DNA of 64,000 nt. It comes from Schmidtea polychroa (lineage: Eukaryota). This document shows, piece by piece, positions 11,906-56,700 of this stretch. The notes beneath the pieces were generated by a model. The model ran no database searches, was not told the origin of the DNA, and saw nothing but the letters and a program-made list of their open reading frames with translations. Position 1 is the first letter of the stretch. The number at the start of each line of letters is the position of its first letter. The stretch spans positions 19,842,001-19,906,000 of the forward strand of contig CM097885.1 of the NCBI GenBank assembly GCA_044892525.1. Reading direction: 5' to 3'. The position numbers were made by a program, and so were the translations under genes.

Positions 11906-14900
11906 TTATTATTTTTATTATTATTATTCCATTAAAATTTCCATTAAAAATTAACTTAAAAAATATTTCATAATAATTTTCATTAAAAATTATCCTAAAA
12001 ATTATTTCATAAAAATTTTCATTAAAAAATTTCAATTCTCAAACACCTTCTATTTTTTGTTAATAAATTTAAAAATTTTAGTTTAATTTACTTATTACAT
12101 TACTTATTTAAAAATTATTACTTTAATTTACTCATTTAGCTTTAATTTAAAATTTAAACCATTGTTTCCTTTAATTTAAAATTTTGAACCTTAATTTACT
12201 TATTTAAAATTTTTAACTTTAATTTACTTATCCTTAATTTACCTAATTATTCTTTATTTCTTAATTTTACACCATAATTTACTAAACAACTAAATATAAT
12301 CCTTATTTTCATATTTAACCAATAATTTCATGTGGTCATTGATTAATTGACGAAGATTTGCATCTTAAATTGACTTTAACTTTAATATTTTAGATCATTG
12401 ATTAGTTAATTTAAAAATTAAACATTATTTTACCTATTTAACTAATAATTTCACGTGGTCATCTGGTTGTTAGTACTTGGTATCTAGTTGACAGTGCTTA
12501 GTACCTGGTTGTTAGTTGATTGTTGGTACTTGGTAGGTGGTAGCTAGTTGTTAGTACTTGGTACTTGGTAGTTGGTTGTTAGTACTTGGTATCTAGTACC
12601 TAGTTAGCTGGTTGTAGCTAGTTAATGGGTAGGTGGTAGTTAGTTGTTAGTACTTGGTAGGTGGTAATTAATGCTTAGTACTTGGTTGTTGTCGGTTGTT
12701 GGTACTTAGTAGGTGGTTGTAGGTACTTAGTAGCAGGTAACTGGTTGTTAGTACTTGGTATCTAGTACCTAGTTAGCTGGTTGTAGCTAGTTAATGGGTA
12801 GGTGGTTGTAGGTAGTTAGTAGTTGGTAACTGGTTGTAAGTATCTGGTTGTTTGAGAGTTAGTTAGTGCGTGGTATCTAGTTGTAAGTACTTGCTATCAG
12901 GTAACTAGTTGTTAGTAACTAGTTGTAGGTAATTAATGCTTAGTAGTTGGTAACTGGTTGTTAGTACTTGGTATCTAGTACCTAGTTAGCTGGTTGTAGC
13001 TAGTTAACTGGTAGGTGGTAGCTAGTTGGTTGTAGGTACTTGGTATCTAGTTGATGATGCTTGGTACCTAGTTGGTTGCTTGTTTTTGGTTGTTAGTACT
13101 TGGTAGTTGGTTGGTTGCTGTTAGCTGGTTGTAGCTAGTTAATGGGTAACTGGTTGTTAGTATCTAGTTGTAGGTACTTGGTAGGTGGTAGTTAGTTGTT
13201 AGCTAATTGTTGTGGGTTGTTAGTACTTGGTATCAGGTAACTGGTTGTTAGTAACTAGTTGTAGGTTGTAGGTACTTAGTAGTTGGTAATTAATGCTTAG
13301 TACCTGGTTGTTGTTGGTTGTTAGTACTTGGTAGCTAGTTGGTATCTGGTACCTAGTTGGTTGTATGTTTTTGGTTGTTGGTACTTGGTATCAGGTAACT
13401 GGTTGTTAGTAACTAGTTGTAGGTTGATAAGGCTTAGTACCTGGTTGTTGACGGTTGGTAGTACGTGGTATCTAGTTGTAAGTACTTGGTAGCTAGTTAA
13501 TGGGTAGGTGGGGGTTGAGAGTTAGTTAGTACGTGGTATCTAGTTGTAAGTACTTGGTAGCTAGTTAATGGGTAGGTGGTTGTAGGTACTTAGTAGTTGG
13601 TAACTGGTTGTTAGTACTTGGTATCTAGTACCTAGTTAGCTGGTTGTAGCTAGTTAATGGGTAGGTGGTAATTGGTTGTAAGTATCTGGTTGTTTGAGAG
13701 TTAGTTAGTACGTGGTATCTAGTTGTAAGTACTTGGTAGCAGGTAACTAGTTGTTAGTAACTAGTTGTAGGTATCTGGTTGTAACTACATGTTCGTAAGT
13801 TACTGGTTGTTGGTACTAAGTTGTTGGTTTGTTGTTGAATTATTATTAAAATTTGTCTTTGAAAAATATTTCATAAAATTTTTCATTAAAAGTTATCTTA
13901 AAAATTTCCATCTAAAATTATCATTGAAAAATATTTCATAAAAATTTTCATTAAAAATTACCATTGAAAAATATTTCATAAAAATTTCCATAAAAAATTA
14001 CCATTGAAAAATATTTCATAAAAATCTTCATTAAAAAATTTCAATTCTCAAACACCTTCTATTATTTCAACTTTTTGTTAATAAATTTTAAAATCTTACT
14101 TTAATTTACTTTAATTTACTTATTTAAAATTTTTTACCATTGATTACTTAATTTAAAAATTATTACTTTAATTTACTTATTTAAAATTTTTTACCATTGA
14201 TTACTTAATTTTAAAATTTGGACCTTAATTAACTTATTTAGATCATAATTTACTTTAATTTAATTTTTAGAACCTTAATTTACTTTAATTTAATTTTTAG
14301 AACCATAATTTACTGTAATTTAATTTTTTAGGACCATTATTTACTGTAATTGAAAAATTTGGACCATTATTTACTTTAATTTAAAATGTTTGACCATAAT
14401 TTACTGTAATTTAATTTTTAGACCATAATTTACTGTAATTTCAATTTTTAGAACCATAATTTACTTTAATTCAATTTTTAGAACCATTATTTACTGTAAT
14501 TTTTTTTGTATTGAAAATCCCAGGACCATCGTTTTTGTATTGAAAAATTTTTTTTGTATTGAAAATCCCAGGACCATCGTTTTTGTATTGAAAAATTTTT
14601 TTTTGTATTGAAAATCCCAGGACCATCGAGACCCCCTCACTATAGTCTGAAAAATTGCGTAATCAAAAGTTGCAGCAAAAAAAAGTTGCAGCAAAAAAAA
14701 AGTTGCAGCAGAACCCCCCCCCCCCCCGGGGGGGGGGGGTTGCTGCGGTACGCTACTATCTACCTACTATATATCTTTCTTTTTTCAGGTTATGAAAAAT
14801 GAAAATTTCGTAGAACTCCAAAAAAGGTTAATGTCATTTTCAATATTAAAATCAATTAACTGGGCTAACGTAAAATATGCATTATTGGAAATAAGGCACG

Positions 14901-15005
14901 ATAAATTAATTCAAGACCGTTTTAATAATAATAATGTACCAAAATTTTGGTCTGAGTTATACGTTGACGATGAATCAAGTCAGTATAAAGAATTAGCAAC
15001 AATTG

Positions 15006-15984
15006 TGTTGGGTTATTGAGTTGGTGATAAATTTAAATGTTACTCTGGCTCCAAGCGTGTCTTTATACGATTCACAAATAACACTTGACAACAGAAATCT
15101 TTATTGCTAATCACAAATAATCTTTCTCTTTACACTGGCAATAAATTCAACACTCTGCTTGGTGACTATACAATGCTTATTGCAACACTCGGTGAGGAAT
15201 AGCACTTGTGTATAACACCGGATTAAAAGATCACAAATTACTGATTGGTTTCTAAACTGGGATTTTGAGCTGGTTGTCTTCTTTGACTTTCTTCACAACT
15301 TTATTCAAATAATCAAATAACTTCTTCTCGTTTTATTTTTCAACTAATTCTTTTCTTCAACTATTCTCCAATAATTATTCTCCACAATTATTTCCTTTAC
15401 AATTATTTTTGACAATCGTTTGTCCAACAACGTTTCGTCCGACTTTGTCTAATTTTCTTCAATAATTTTATCTATCAAATCGTCTTTCAAATTGTCTCAA
15501 TGTCGCGTCACTTTTGTCTCTAATTTTCTTCTTCTTTCATGCCCACCAATTTTCCCTTATATAGTTCGCTTCTCTTGTGGCACTCCAGATAATCAAGTGT
15601 TTTCCATTTTCCTACTCCTGCTTTTCCCCCACTGTCCCATTTTTATCTCTGACAGCTGTCAAGTTATTTTTCCTTTTTTGTTTGACCGCCTTCTACCATC
15701 AATTCTATTATCACTGGCAAGCTGTCGAGATAAGGATATTGTTGTTTTTCTTTTTCCCCGATTTCAAAATTCCTTTTCCTTTTTATACTAATTAATTAGT
15801 ACTAACCTTGGTTTTCATTTTCCTGTTTGATTCCTTTTATTTCCTTTATCTTTCTCACTTTTAGTTTCTTTTTACTTCCGTTTTCTTTTCTGAGTTCCAA
15901 AAGATCGTCCCATTTGTCATGGCGATCTTCCCCCAGGTAATTTTATTTATTTCTTTATAAATTGTTATTTAGGTATCCTCAACA
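15006..15984. mobile_element. solo LTR (Gypsy-type)
   Basis: TGTTG...CAACA termini, 4-bp TSD ATTG; homologous along its length to 42983-43938. Confidence 0.8.
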
Positions 15985-16696
15985 ATTGCTTTATTATTTT
16001 TATCAATTTTCCCTACAATTGTATACTGCGAAAGATCTTTCATTGTAATGCAGTTCATAAAAAATAAGTATCGAAACCAACTGACAGACGAAAACTTAGA
16101 AGCGGCGATGCGACCTGCATTGGAAGAGAGAACTGTTGAACAATTTCCATTTGAATTAGTTTTAAATAAATAAAAATCAATATGCTTAAATGTTGTCTTT
16201 TATTGAATATATGCTTATAAGTTTATTCAATTTTGTGTAAATACAACTATTTTTACCAAAATCCATATTTGGTGCGGCCACGAGGCATTTCCATAAAACC
16301 ATTAATGCCTGTAATGCGGCCACAGCCAAATTTTAAGTGAGAACCACTGATCTATATTTACTTCTTTTTGTTAAAATAACAAATTTTATTGATATTGTAA
16401 TGCTAAATTTGGCGATTCAATTCTTGAGACGATAGAAATAATATTAGGGAATACCGTAATTGGATGAGAGAGGAAAACACAAAGATATATTTGTGTTGAC
16501 AAAGATCTACAGAACGGAGCCAAATAAATATCGAGTCAAGGTCAACCCAGAAAATAGATTATTGTATTATGATATGCTCAATGCTTAATCGAGTGATTAA
16601 CAGCATTTTTATCTATGTGACTCAATGAAGCTCTACATATTTTCATTGCCATTATGATTTGATAAAAATATTAATACAAAAACGCATATAGGAAAA

Positions 16697-16759
<63 letters not shown>

Positions 16760-16869
16760 TTTAAACAATTAAATGATAATTTAAATTGTTTCTATTTTGA
16801 TATTTAATCCTAATGATCTTTTATAATTTTTTAAAATTATTATTTTTTAATTTTTAATTTAGTTTTTTT

Positions 16870-17395
16870 ATAAAAGCTATTCTCAAGGTCAAAAACAAAA
16901 AAATCAAACTGATGATTTTATTGATCTATTCTTTAGTGTTGATTGTTGGCCATCTGTTTATGATGAGAATTGCTTTCTTAAATCTGATATTTTTTTGGAT
17001 GTTTTAATTCGCTAAGATTTTGATTGAAATATTTTTTCTTTCCTTCCTTGGTTGACATTGTTGGAGATGTCTGTTTACCGAGCATTTTCCACCGGGATCT
17101 AGATGTTCTATAACTCTTTGGTGCAAGGTCCTGAGCGTACTTCCAATGGATATTTCCTTGCATACATTGCACGTGATGCAATAGACAATGTTTTTTCTAA
17201 AGCACATATCTTTCGGTGCCTGGCAGTTTTCCATTGTGTAATTGTTTTCTCTATTTGTGTTGTTTGCCAAAGCTTTTCTCAAGGTCCAAGATTTCTGTGC
17301 TATACGAATTGGAAGGCCGATGCGATTAAGTTATTTAAGGATCTTGAAGTTGAGTATGTATTATCATTTAATTGTTTAAAATGCAATCAATGCTG
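16870..17395 (-). pseudogene. Penelope-like retroelement GIY-YIG endonuclease fragment
   Basis: CFRKNIVYCITCNVCKEISIGSTLRTLHQRVIEH matches the Penelope GIY-YIG EN pattern (VY.ITC..C...YIG.T.R.L..R..EH). Confidence 0.8.
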
Positions 17396-17485
17396 CTACA
17401 AAGAAATCACTTTATACTTTATTATTATAATTATTGTTATTATTATAAACAAGACAAGATTTGTGATACCCAGTGATATTTCCAG

Positions 17486-17525
17486 TAGTAGACTAGTTTC
17501 GAGCTTTTGACTCTCCTCAGTACTA
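17486..17525 (-). ncRNA. minimal type I hammerhead ribozyme (Penelope-associated)
   Basis: Minus strand UAGUA-CUGAGGA-GAGU-CAAAA-GCUC-GAAA-CUAG-UC-UACUA. Confidence 0.7.
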
Positions 17526-17829
17526 TGTAGAAGGAGCGAAGGTTTCCGAAGACATTCGACAAAAAAATGTCCACCCTTATTTTATTAGTTAAAAATGCTA
17601 AAGGTAATCGGATGCACTTGTAAACAGTTTCTGTGTATCGGCTAATTTTTAAGTCTGCAGAGGTGAATATGATTTTTCATACGCCATTTTTACAAGTTTT
17701 GAGATTTTCTGCGACCAAGCTAATTTGCAAGTGATGTGATTTCTAGTGTACCAGGGAAAGTATGCAATAGAGTTGAATCAGCAATATTGTATACTTACCT
17801 GGCGCAAAGAGAAATCTTCGCGTCTCCTG

Positions 17830-17873
17830 AATAGTACTGATGAGAGCCAAAAGCTCGAAACTAGTCTACTATT
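17830..17873 (+). ncRNA. minimal type I hammerhead ribozyme (Penelope-associated)
   Basis: AAUAGUA-CUGAUGA-GAGC-CAAAA-GCUC-GAAA-CUAG-UC-UACUAUU: 7-bp stem I, intact core, palindromic ACUAGU stem III, predicted cleavage after GUC at 17866. Confidence 0.85.
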
Positions 17874-17911
17874 GCGATTTGCATTGGGTATCACAAAGCT
17901 TGTGCTGGTAA

Positions 17912-18062
<151 letters not shown>

Positions 18063-18403
18063 TATTTTTATAATTATTATTTTTATTATTATCATAACCC
18101 AAATAATTAATAGTAAAATTGTTCACTTTCGGTTCTAAGAGAAAATAATAAAGAATAAAATAAATAAATATAATTATTTAAATTTTTAAATTTGAGGGAA
18201 AAATTCTAAACTTCACCTTTGATTTTTTTATCTTTATTTCTTTTATCGACTATCGATCAATGTTTCATGGTTAAAATAAGACAAAATATTGACCGATAGT
18301 CTGAAAATAAATGAAAAGAGAAAGGGAATCAGTTTATTTATGTTAAGAAATCAGGTTGCCTTAAAATTTCTGTTTAAAATTATTAAAAATGAAAAATACT
18401 CAC

Positions 18404-49166
<30,763 letters not shown>

Positions 49167-51177
49167 AAAATTTCTTTAAAGCCTACATTGAAGTTAAAAA
49201 GAATTATAAATGGAAAATTTATCATTGATTGAAAATAATTTTAATGAAATAGTAATAACCAAAATCTTAAATATAAAGAAATTATTAAAAAAGTTATAAA
49301 AATTAATGAAAAATTTTAAATTTCTGTTCAAAATTTAATTGAAATATCTAAATATTAAATAACAAAATTAACAATGTAACTAAGGTAAATATTTCAATTT
49401 ATATAAACAAGGTCTAAATTGAGCGTCATTTAATGAATATTAACTACATTAACTACACCTATTATAATTAAAATTTTAACTGATTCTCGTGAAAAATTAT
49501 TAAAACAATAAAACTATAAAAACTTTACTTAATTCGAAATTTAGAGATATATAAATAAACATTCCACAGACTTAGAATAATCGAAAAGATCAAATATGTG
49601 AACAGATTATTTTCATTACTTTTTAATGTTTCTGAGAACCGCTACACCGATCGACACAATTATTGAACTAAAGGTATCACAATATCGAGATGCACCAGAT
49701 TACGTAGCACTAATGTAGAAAAGACTGGAAAAAGTGTAATTGGAAAATTTAAAGGTTACATTTAGACAAGAAAAATATAATGCTCACTATGACAGAACAA
49801 GCAAGCCTCGTAATCTCAAAGTGAATAAAAGGTTTCACTTGTGTCACCACAAGTAGTAAAAGGCATAACAACATAATTAGCAAGGTCATTTAAAGGCCTA
49901 TATGATGTCGTAAAGGTAGTTCATGAAAATCTGAACCTACAAAAACAGAAAAATGAAGACTTTAGTATAGTATATGTTAACATACCCACAAACAAAGTTA
50001 ACAATAGAATGCCTCGCAAATACAACTTTGAAACACAAAATGGATTAATGATTTAGCAAAAATTTTTTCACAATCATAGGAATAGTTAGTTCAACGAATG
50101 CATTAGTAGACAAAGATATATTAATATAAGCATCAATTCATCAAATAAAATCATTGTATCGAATTTAATTTTATTATCAATAAGAGACGTGTAATTAAGA
50201 ACAGTAAAAAATTGAATCCAAAAAACTTCAAACACAACTATAGTATTTCATAAAAAAAAGCCTAAATTCAAAATTTAAGACTTGCCAAAGATTATAATTT
50301 ATTTGTACAATGGGACATGGATCTACACATGTCAATATGGAATTGTTAAATAGTAAAAACACAGTTAGCACTCAAGAAAAAAACATATAAAATATTCAAA
50401 TAACTTCACCTATTGGTTCTACATCAATATGAGTCAGCAACAAAATTGATAAAAAATAACTTTGTAGTATTTAATATTTGATTTTTTGATTCTTTGCCAT
50501 TTTCATTTTTGTTTTTCATTTCTTCTCTTCGCTACTACTTTTTAGAATTCTGGAGCAACATGTTTTTAATTTTCCATGTTTTACCCAAATCATTTTGTTC
50601 ATTTTAACAATAATTATTTAATTTTTGATATTTAGATATCCTTAACAAATTGATAATAAAGTCATCGAATGGGGAGAAAAATACTACAATCAAATACAAA
50701 ATTATTACAGGAGTTATTAGTAAACGAAAGCATTTTAGGATGCGTTAAAAAATATGGATTTCAAAAAACTATTTTTTTTATTTTTTGAATTATCATTGCC
50801 CTATAATGTGTCCATGAGGCACATAAAATATGACAAATGTTGAATGTATTCCTCAAGTACCTAAATTATTGAAAATTCGTGCACAATCGCATTCACCGAT
50901 TTCTAGAAATTTGGAACATTTCCATCCAGTAAGACTTTTTATTTACCTTCTAATAGTTTGCTAGTGATAGAAATGTTCAAAGTGATTGTCTGGTAAAAGT
51001 ACAAAAATGCTAAAAATGATTTTTATTGAATTTGTTAATAATAGCATTTTGAACGGAAATCTGCAAACAAAATTAATGAACCAATCAAAACACTGGAAAT
51101 ATATTTTATTAAATGAAAACATGCAATTGATCAAATGCAATATTGCAACCCAAATAGCAAATAAAGGTATCGAATGA

Positions 51178-51760
51178 TCATTGATATTCAATGTGGTCAT
51201 CGTGAGTTGCTGGATTCCCTCGGAAATTCGTATTTTGGCGTTGATCCCAAGAATCATGATTCGATTTTCGGAAATGTTTAGAACTCCTAATCGATTTCAT
51301 ATCGGGAACTAGAGCCGTGAGGCTGGTTATCAACTTCTCTTCAATTATATTCAAGGAGGGCAAAGTCAGAATTACGGTGTCATATTTTATCAAGCTCCAT
51401 ACATTGACAGCGTAAGCTGGTATCACCATATAATGTGGGATCATGGAGCAAATTTTGGCAATGTTCCGGGGGGCTTCATCGGTGCTGAAACGGTACAACA
51501 AATAATGAAATTGTAGAAGGGAACGGTTGGATTACATGGATTATTATTTAAACAAATAAACAAAATTATTATTTATTATAATTAATATTTCTTTGCAATT
51601 GATATTGTGTTTATTAATACAATTATTCTTTATTACAATTAATATTATTATTATTATTATTATTACAATTAATATTATTATTATTATTATTATTATTATT
51701 GTTATTATTATTATTTATGAAAATTAATAATATTATTTATTACAATTAATATTATTATTT

Positions 51761-51808
<48 letters not shown>

Positions 51809-53359
51809 TATTACAATTAATATTATTTATTATTATTAAAATTTTTATTTATTATTATTATTATTTATTACAATTAATATTATTTATTATAATTATTTTA
51901 ATATTATTTAATATTATTTATTATTATAAAATTTTTATTTATTATTATTATTATTATTTATTATAATTAATATTTATTAATATTATTATTTTATTAATTA
52001 ACTCTGTGATATTTAGTTAGCTATAATTAGATTCGTTTTTTAATTTATTTCGTTTTTAAATTAGTTTCACCGTAAAATAAATGAATAAAATAAATAATAA
52101 ATGTCTATGATAAACAGTTGTAATCGTATTAATTATATTTTATAGGGAAATATTTAAAACGTAAAACAAATCTGAATTAATTTACAAAGGATTGCAATAT
52201 GTGAAAGAAACAGATTTTAGAAAAGCTAAAATATTGTACTAGTGGAATGAAAATTAAAATCTTATTGCTAGTTTTGCGCTTGGGTTCCCGGGGATCCGCT
52301 TACCAGATAAAGTTCATTCTCTAGGTTACACTTTCCAACCATTTATCAAGCGATTGTACCGTTCTCATGAGATAAATTGAACATTCCCCTCGCGATAGAA
52401 TGAAATAACTGATATTTAACATTTAATTCTCTTTACATTTCTTATGAAAATATGAATTATAATCAATAAATTACCGGTTTAATCAATATGGAAAAACAAT
52501 CCATAAATCTCAAGTTAAAATAATGATTATAAATTTATAAACTAATTCACTGAACCTGTTGACAAATAAAACTGATTTCCCCCAATTTCGACCTTCAATC
52601 AAATTTATCAAATAATCCTTATCATCATTTGGTAGGTTCAAATCATCAACAATATGTAGATCGTCTTGAAATAATTTTATTGACAAGGTCGATGTTAATC
52701 CATGGAGTCTAGTACCGATTGGAAGAACAGAAAAGTATGCACGCGGTCCCATAGGTCCTTTAACTTGAGCCCCACCGATAAACTGAGGTGCAGTTCGATC
52801 TCCATGTCGAGCTCTGCCTGTTCCCTTTTGAGGCCACATTTTTTTTCCAGTTCTATTAACTTCAGGGCGAGTGGTAATTTTTCGCCAATCCTAGATATAA
52901 CATTTTTTTAGGAATTTAAAACTCTTAAATGTCATCTTACAACAAATCTATAAACTCCTTGCCAACGTAAATTCAGATTAATTAAATCTAATCGTGGAAA
53001 AGTTCCAAAAATATCAGGATGAAGATCTAGCAGTCCTAATTTCCGATCTTCAGGACATTTAAGTGTTTCTAACCAAGCTTGTTTGGGCTTAACATGCGAA
53101 TTTGAACAAGAAACTGATTCCAATAGGTCGCGTTTTACTATGGATGGTACAACAGGTGGTAATTCACATGGTTCTTCGTAATTGTCATTTTCATTAAAAT
53201 TCGTATTGGTATTTTGATTAGAGATTATTGATGAGGTTTTCAAAGACCGAAAGGTTGATAACTAATGTATAATTATAAATAAATAATTAATATCATTACT
53301 ATATTGATGAAACTTACAATTTTAAATTCACGATTGCTTAATTTAAATATTTTTATCAT
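51178..53359 (-). CDS. MRPL4: mitochondrial ribosomal protein L4 (uL4m), 4 exons, ~334 aa
   Basis: Exons 53359-53318, 53261-52941, 52890-52556, 51484-51178; QAWLETL..LGLLDLHPDIF..PRLD, KMWPQKGTGRARHG..APQFIGG..GP, QDDLHIVD, RNWG.SVLFV, NVWSLIKYDTVILT. Confidence 0.92.
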
Positions 53360-54764
53360 TTGTAAATCCCGCTAAAACATGAATATTAAAAGTCATATCA
53401 TTTGACAGATAATATATGAATATTAAAAATGGAAAATTTTCATTAAAATATTGGCTTTTTATGAGATTCATAAATTATTTAATATTAGTATAATGACATA
53501 ATTAAATTTACAGATCGTTGATAAACTTATTGTTCTGATTAGATGATTGTTTATTATAAAATATTGTAAACCAGGGCTGATCAACCTTTTCATATAAAGG
53601 TCCAACTAAAAATTAAAAAAACATGTAACACATAAAAAATATTAAAATATAAATATTAGATGATAAAGACAAATTATTTGTTTATTATAAAAAAATCATA
53701 AGAAAATAAATTACTGCCTACGTTTTTTATTACAATGACACACTAACAAGTTACAAAAATAGTCAATATAAAATGATTGTGAAAACTTTAATTTTAACTT
53801 AAAGAACTATTGCGAAACAAGCAAACTGTATAATTGCTAACGACTGTCGCTATAAAATTAAGGAGCACATGCGCCCTTCTGCAAAACTTTGTGGTTCTTC
53901 AGGTAAAATATACAAACAACATAGTCTGAATCAACACCATTGGGTGAATTATTATAGTTCATGGTAACTAAGGAAACGCCAACATTTTACAATTGCTTTA
54001 AAATATATCTATTTTTGTAAATTATTGGACTTTTTCTAATTTTTCATAGAAATATATATGTAAAAAACTCAAAAAGTAAAGTTTTAACGGTCCACGCATT
54101 ATTCATCTCTACTATAAGCGAATAATATTTAAAATATTCAATTAAATTTAATTGTTTTTAATTTGAAGATTTCAAAAATATATCTAAATAATAAAATTAA
54201 AAATATTTATTGAACGCTTAAATGATTGGGGAGTAATGATGGTAAATGAATGGGATATTGTTCTTAAATAGTGAAATAGGAAAGATAAGAAGGTAAGGTA
54301 AGAAAATCAATAAAACAGAAAATTAAATAAAAGAAGGTCATTCTTAATTAATAGGCACAAGAAATTACGAAGTGCCCAATAGAACGGGTGAAAAAAGGAA
54401 TGAATAATCAGTGCCCTCAGATGGGAATATGTAAAAACTGAACACAGTATAGCAGGGATGAGAAATGAGCTAAATTTATTACGAGAGAAATTTGCGAGAT
54501 ATTTGAATTTACAAGGAGATTTAAAATAAATTGTTGAGAATCAGAAAACTGTTGGAAGAAACTTGTGTATTGAATTGATATGTTAGATTGAGAAATCCAA
54601 ATCAAGTTAAAGGTAATCAGATCAATTTGCGAATAGCCCGTTATCGGCAATAGTCAAAAGGTTTTGTTCTTTGGCTCCTTGCAGCAATGGCCTTTTTTCT
54701 ATAGGCCCCTTCTATTTGTATTGAAAGAAATATGAGTGGCTCCTTCAGCAATTACATAATCCAA

Positions 54765-54849
54765 AAAGCAAAAAAAACGAGTTGCCGCAATTTTTCATCC
54801 CCTCCAACGCTGGGGGGTAATTGCGGCAGTGGGCTACTAACTACCTACT
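54765..54849. mobile_element. remnant right terminus related to the 3371-14768 element
   Basis: AGTTGCCGCAA..CCCC..GGGGGG..TTGCGGCAG..GCTACTAACTACCTACT resembles 14700-14768. Confidence 0.5.
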
Positions 54850-56129
54850 ATTGGGACATATAAGTCCGATTTTTATTCTTGAAAATAAAAAAATTGATAA
54901 AATCTATTGCTGCACACTAGATAAGAAAAATAAAATTATAAATAGCTTACTTGGCAATTCCGAGCACAGCAGATATAAAAACCAATTAATAATAAGCCTC
55001 TAGACTAACAAAATTTTATAGAAAAGAAAAAAAGCAGACAGTTTTAGACCTGTTTAAGAGCCTATAACCGTATAGTACTAAAATCCCAAATTCCCATGCA
55101 TTTGTAAGAATTTAAATTATTTTAGTAATTATTAGAAATTCTCTGGAACAATATGTTCCTAAAATATTGAAATGGTTAATTAATGTTTAATTAGTGTATG
55201 ATATAATTTTAATGATTGCCTGCCATGCTTGTTATGTGACCCTGATCTCAATCTAGTTCATTTTGATCTACCTTCACTCATTACACAGTTCAGTTTACTT
55301 TCGTTTTTTGACTCAGTTTCAGCCCAACTATAATAACTGAAAAACAAAAAATGCAAATTAAGGGTTTGCTTTAATAATTTATGAATTATTCTTTTTTTAC
55401 AAAAAAATTATTAATTAATTTATAGAGCATAATAAATATTTTGAGCTAAATTTGTTATTTAAATATCATCAAATTTATAATAACATTTTAAATAACCTTT
55501 GTTTATCTATGCTTCATCTGAAAACGAAAATTCAAAACCAAATTTAAAATAAAATGACAACATGTAAAATATATTGGCAACAGAGGCGAGATACTCACAA
55601 AGAACATTTTTATTCCAAAGACGGTTTGTTTAATGTGATTAATGTAATTAAATTATATTTTTATTAATTATTAAGATGATGAATTGTATTGGAAAACATA
55701 TCATCACATATCTCATTCTTTCAATATTCATGGTCCAGCAAGAGCTATTATCGTTCCGTATTTTCGTGTTAATTTCCTGCGTATATATTCAGTAAACCTT
55801 TAGGAATATCGGCTGGCGCTATTGTGCTAAGATTCAAGCTAAAGCCTACCGGCAAATTGATCCAACTGGCATGTTTGTGAATTTTATTTTCAATATTTTT
55901 ATTTAATTTTTTAATTATAATTATTTATTAATATCATTTCAATTTGAACCCCGTTATTTGTGATCCCAACCTTTCTTGTCATCTTATTCATAACTTGTGT
56001 AGTTTTCTAACATTTTATTCATATTTTTTGATTATATTTAAGTAATAATTTATTGTTTTATTGAAAATTTTAATGTTAAATGTACGCCAAAGTTGAAAAT
56101 TCATCATATCAAATCGACTTTTGTGACAA

Positions 56130-56700
56130 ACTACTGACTACACAGGGATTTCTTGCTATGATTAAATAAGTAGAAGTGCAATGGAGCCAAATTCGAACTG
56201 TAGGGAAGAATAAAGAGCGCGTTAAGTCCTTAAATCTCAATAGCGACCATTGAAACTGCGCTTTTGTGGATGAAACCGTTATTGAGTGAGAAGTAGATCC
56301 CATATACCCTGAGTTTCTTTCGGAGCTTTCTTGTTCCTTGCACAAGTTTAAAGTAATAGGAGCTGTTAATTTGAACATCAGTTTCTGCTAAATTATCCAG
56401 AATAATGTCATTGGCATCCCAAAACTCTGTCAACATGAGCTCTTTTCAATGACTTGTTTATGACCTCATTTTCTCAGAACAAACCTCTCTAGGCAGTTTA
56501 CACTTTTCAGATTCCCGTTTAGACTGTGGAACATATAGTGAAAGTATTATCTCATACATGATAATACAATTATCCAAAAAACTCTCTACAACGTCGTCCA
56601 AAATCGGAATGTTCTCTTCGCAGCACTGCAGACGTCGATTTTGTATTTCAGTAGATGAAATGTGGTAAGAAGCGAGAGCATGATTTTTGTTGCACTTTCA
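56130..56700 (-). pseudogene. mariner transposase remnant
   Basis: MLTEFWDANDIIL..INSSYY..H.SAVSM..LPYSSNLAPLHFYLF, a degenerate MLTVFWD..YSPDLAPSDF pattern. Confidence 0.7.

Larger units (their letters stand above)
3371..14768. mobile_element. 11.4-kb non-coding inverted-repeat (foldback-like / non-autonomous Polinton-like) element
   Basis: Termini AGTAGGTAGATAGTAGCGTACCGCAGCAAC and exact reverse complement ending 14768; left arm 3371-7098 mirrors right arm 11984-14768 (right arm lacks ~3570-4580); possible TSD TTTCTT (3365-3370 and 14776-14781, with 7 extra nt); splits the hAT transposase. Confidence 0.8.
1170..16349 (+). mobile_element. hAT (Buster/Charlie-type) DNA transposon, defective, inflated by nested insertions
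   Basis: TIRs CAGTGGTTCTCA...TGAGAACCACTG; 8-bp TSD ATCTAGAT/ATCTATAT; transposase fragments at 1491-3370, 14792-15005 and ~15990-16150. Confidence 0.85.

Noticed and set aside
7099..11983. Genes in an alternative genetic code or an organellar insertion
   Set aside because: Stops of different types occur in the frames inspected and no recognisable protein or rRNA motif was seen; left as unresolved decayed sequence.
12460..13840. Interstitial telomere array
   Set aside because: G/T-rich, but no TTAGGG-type fixed unit; it is the mirror of 5240-6622.
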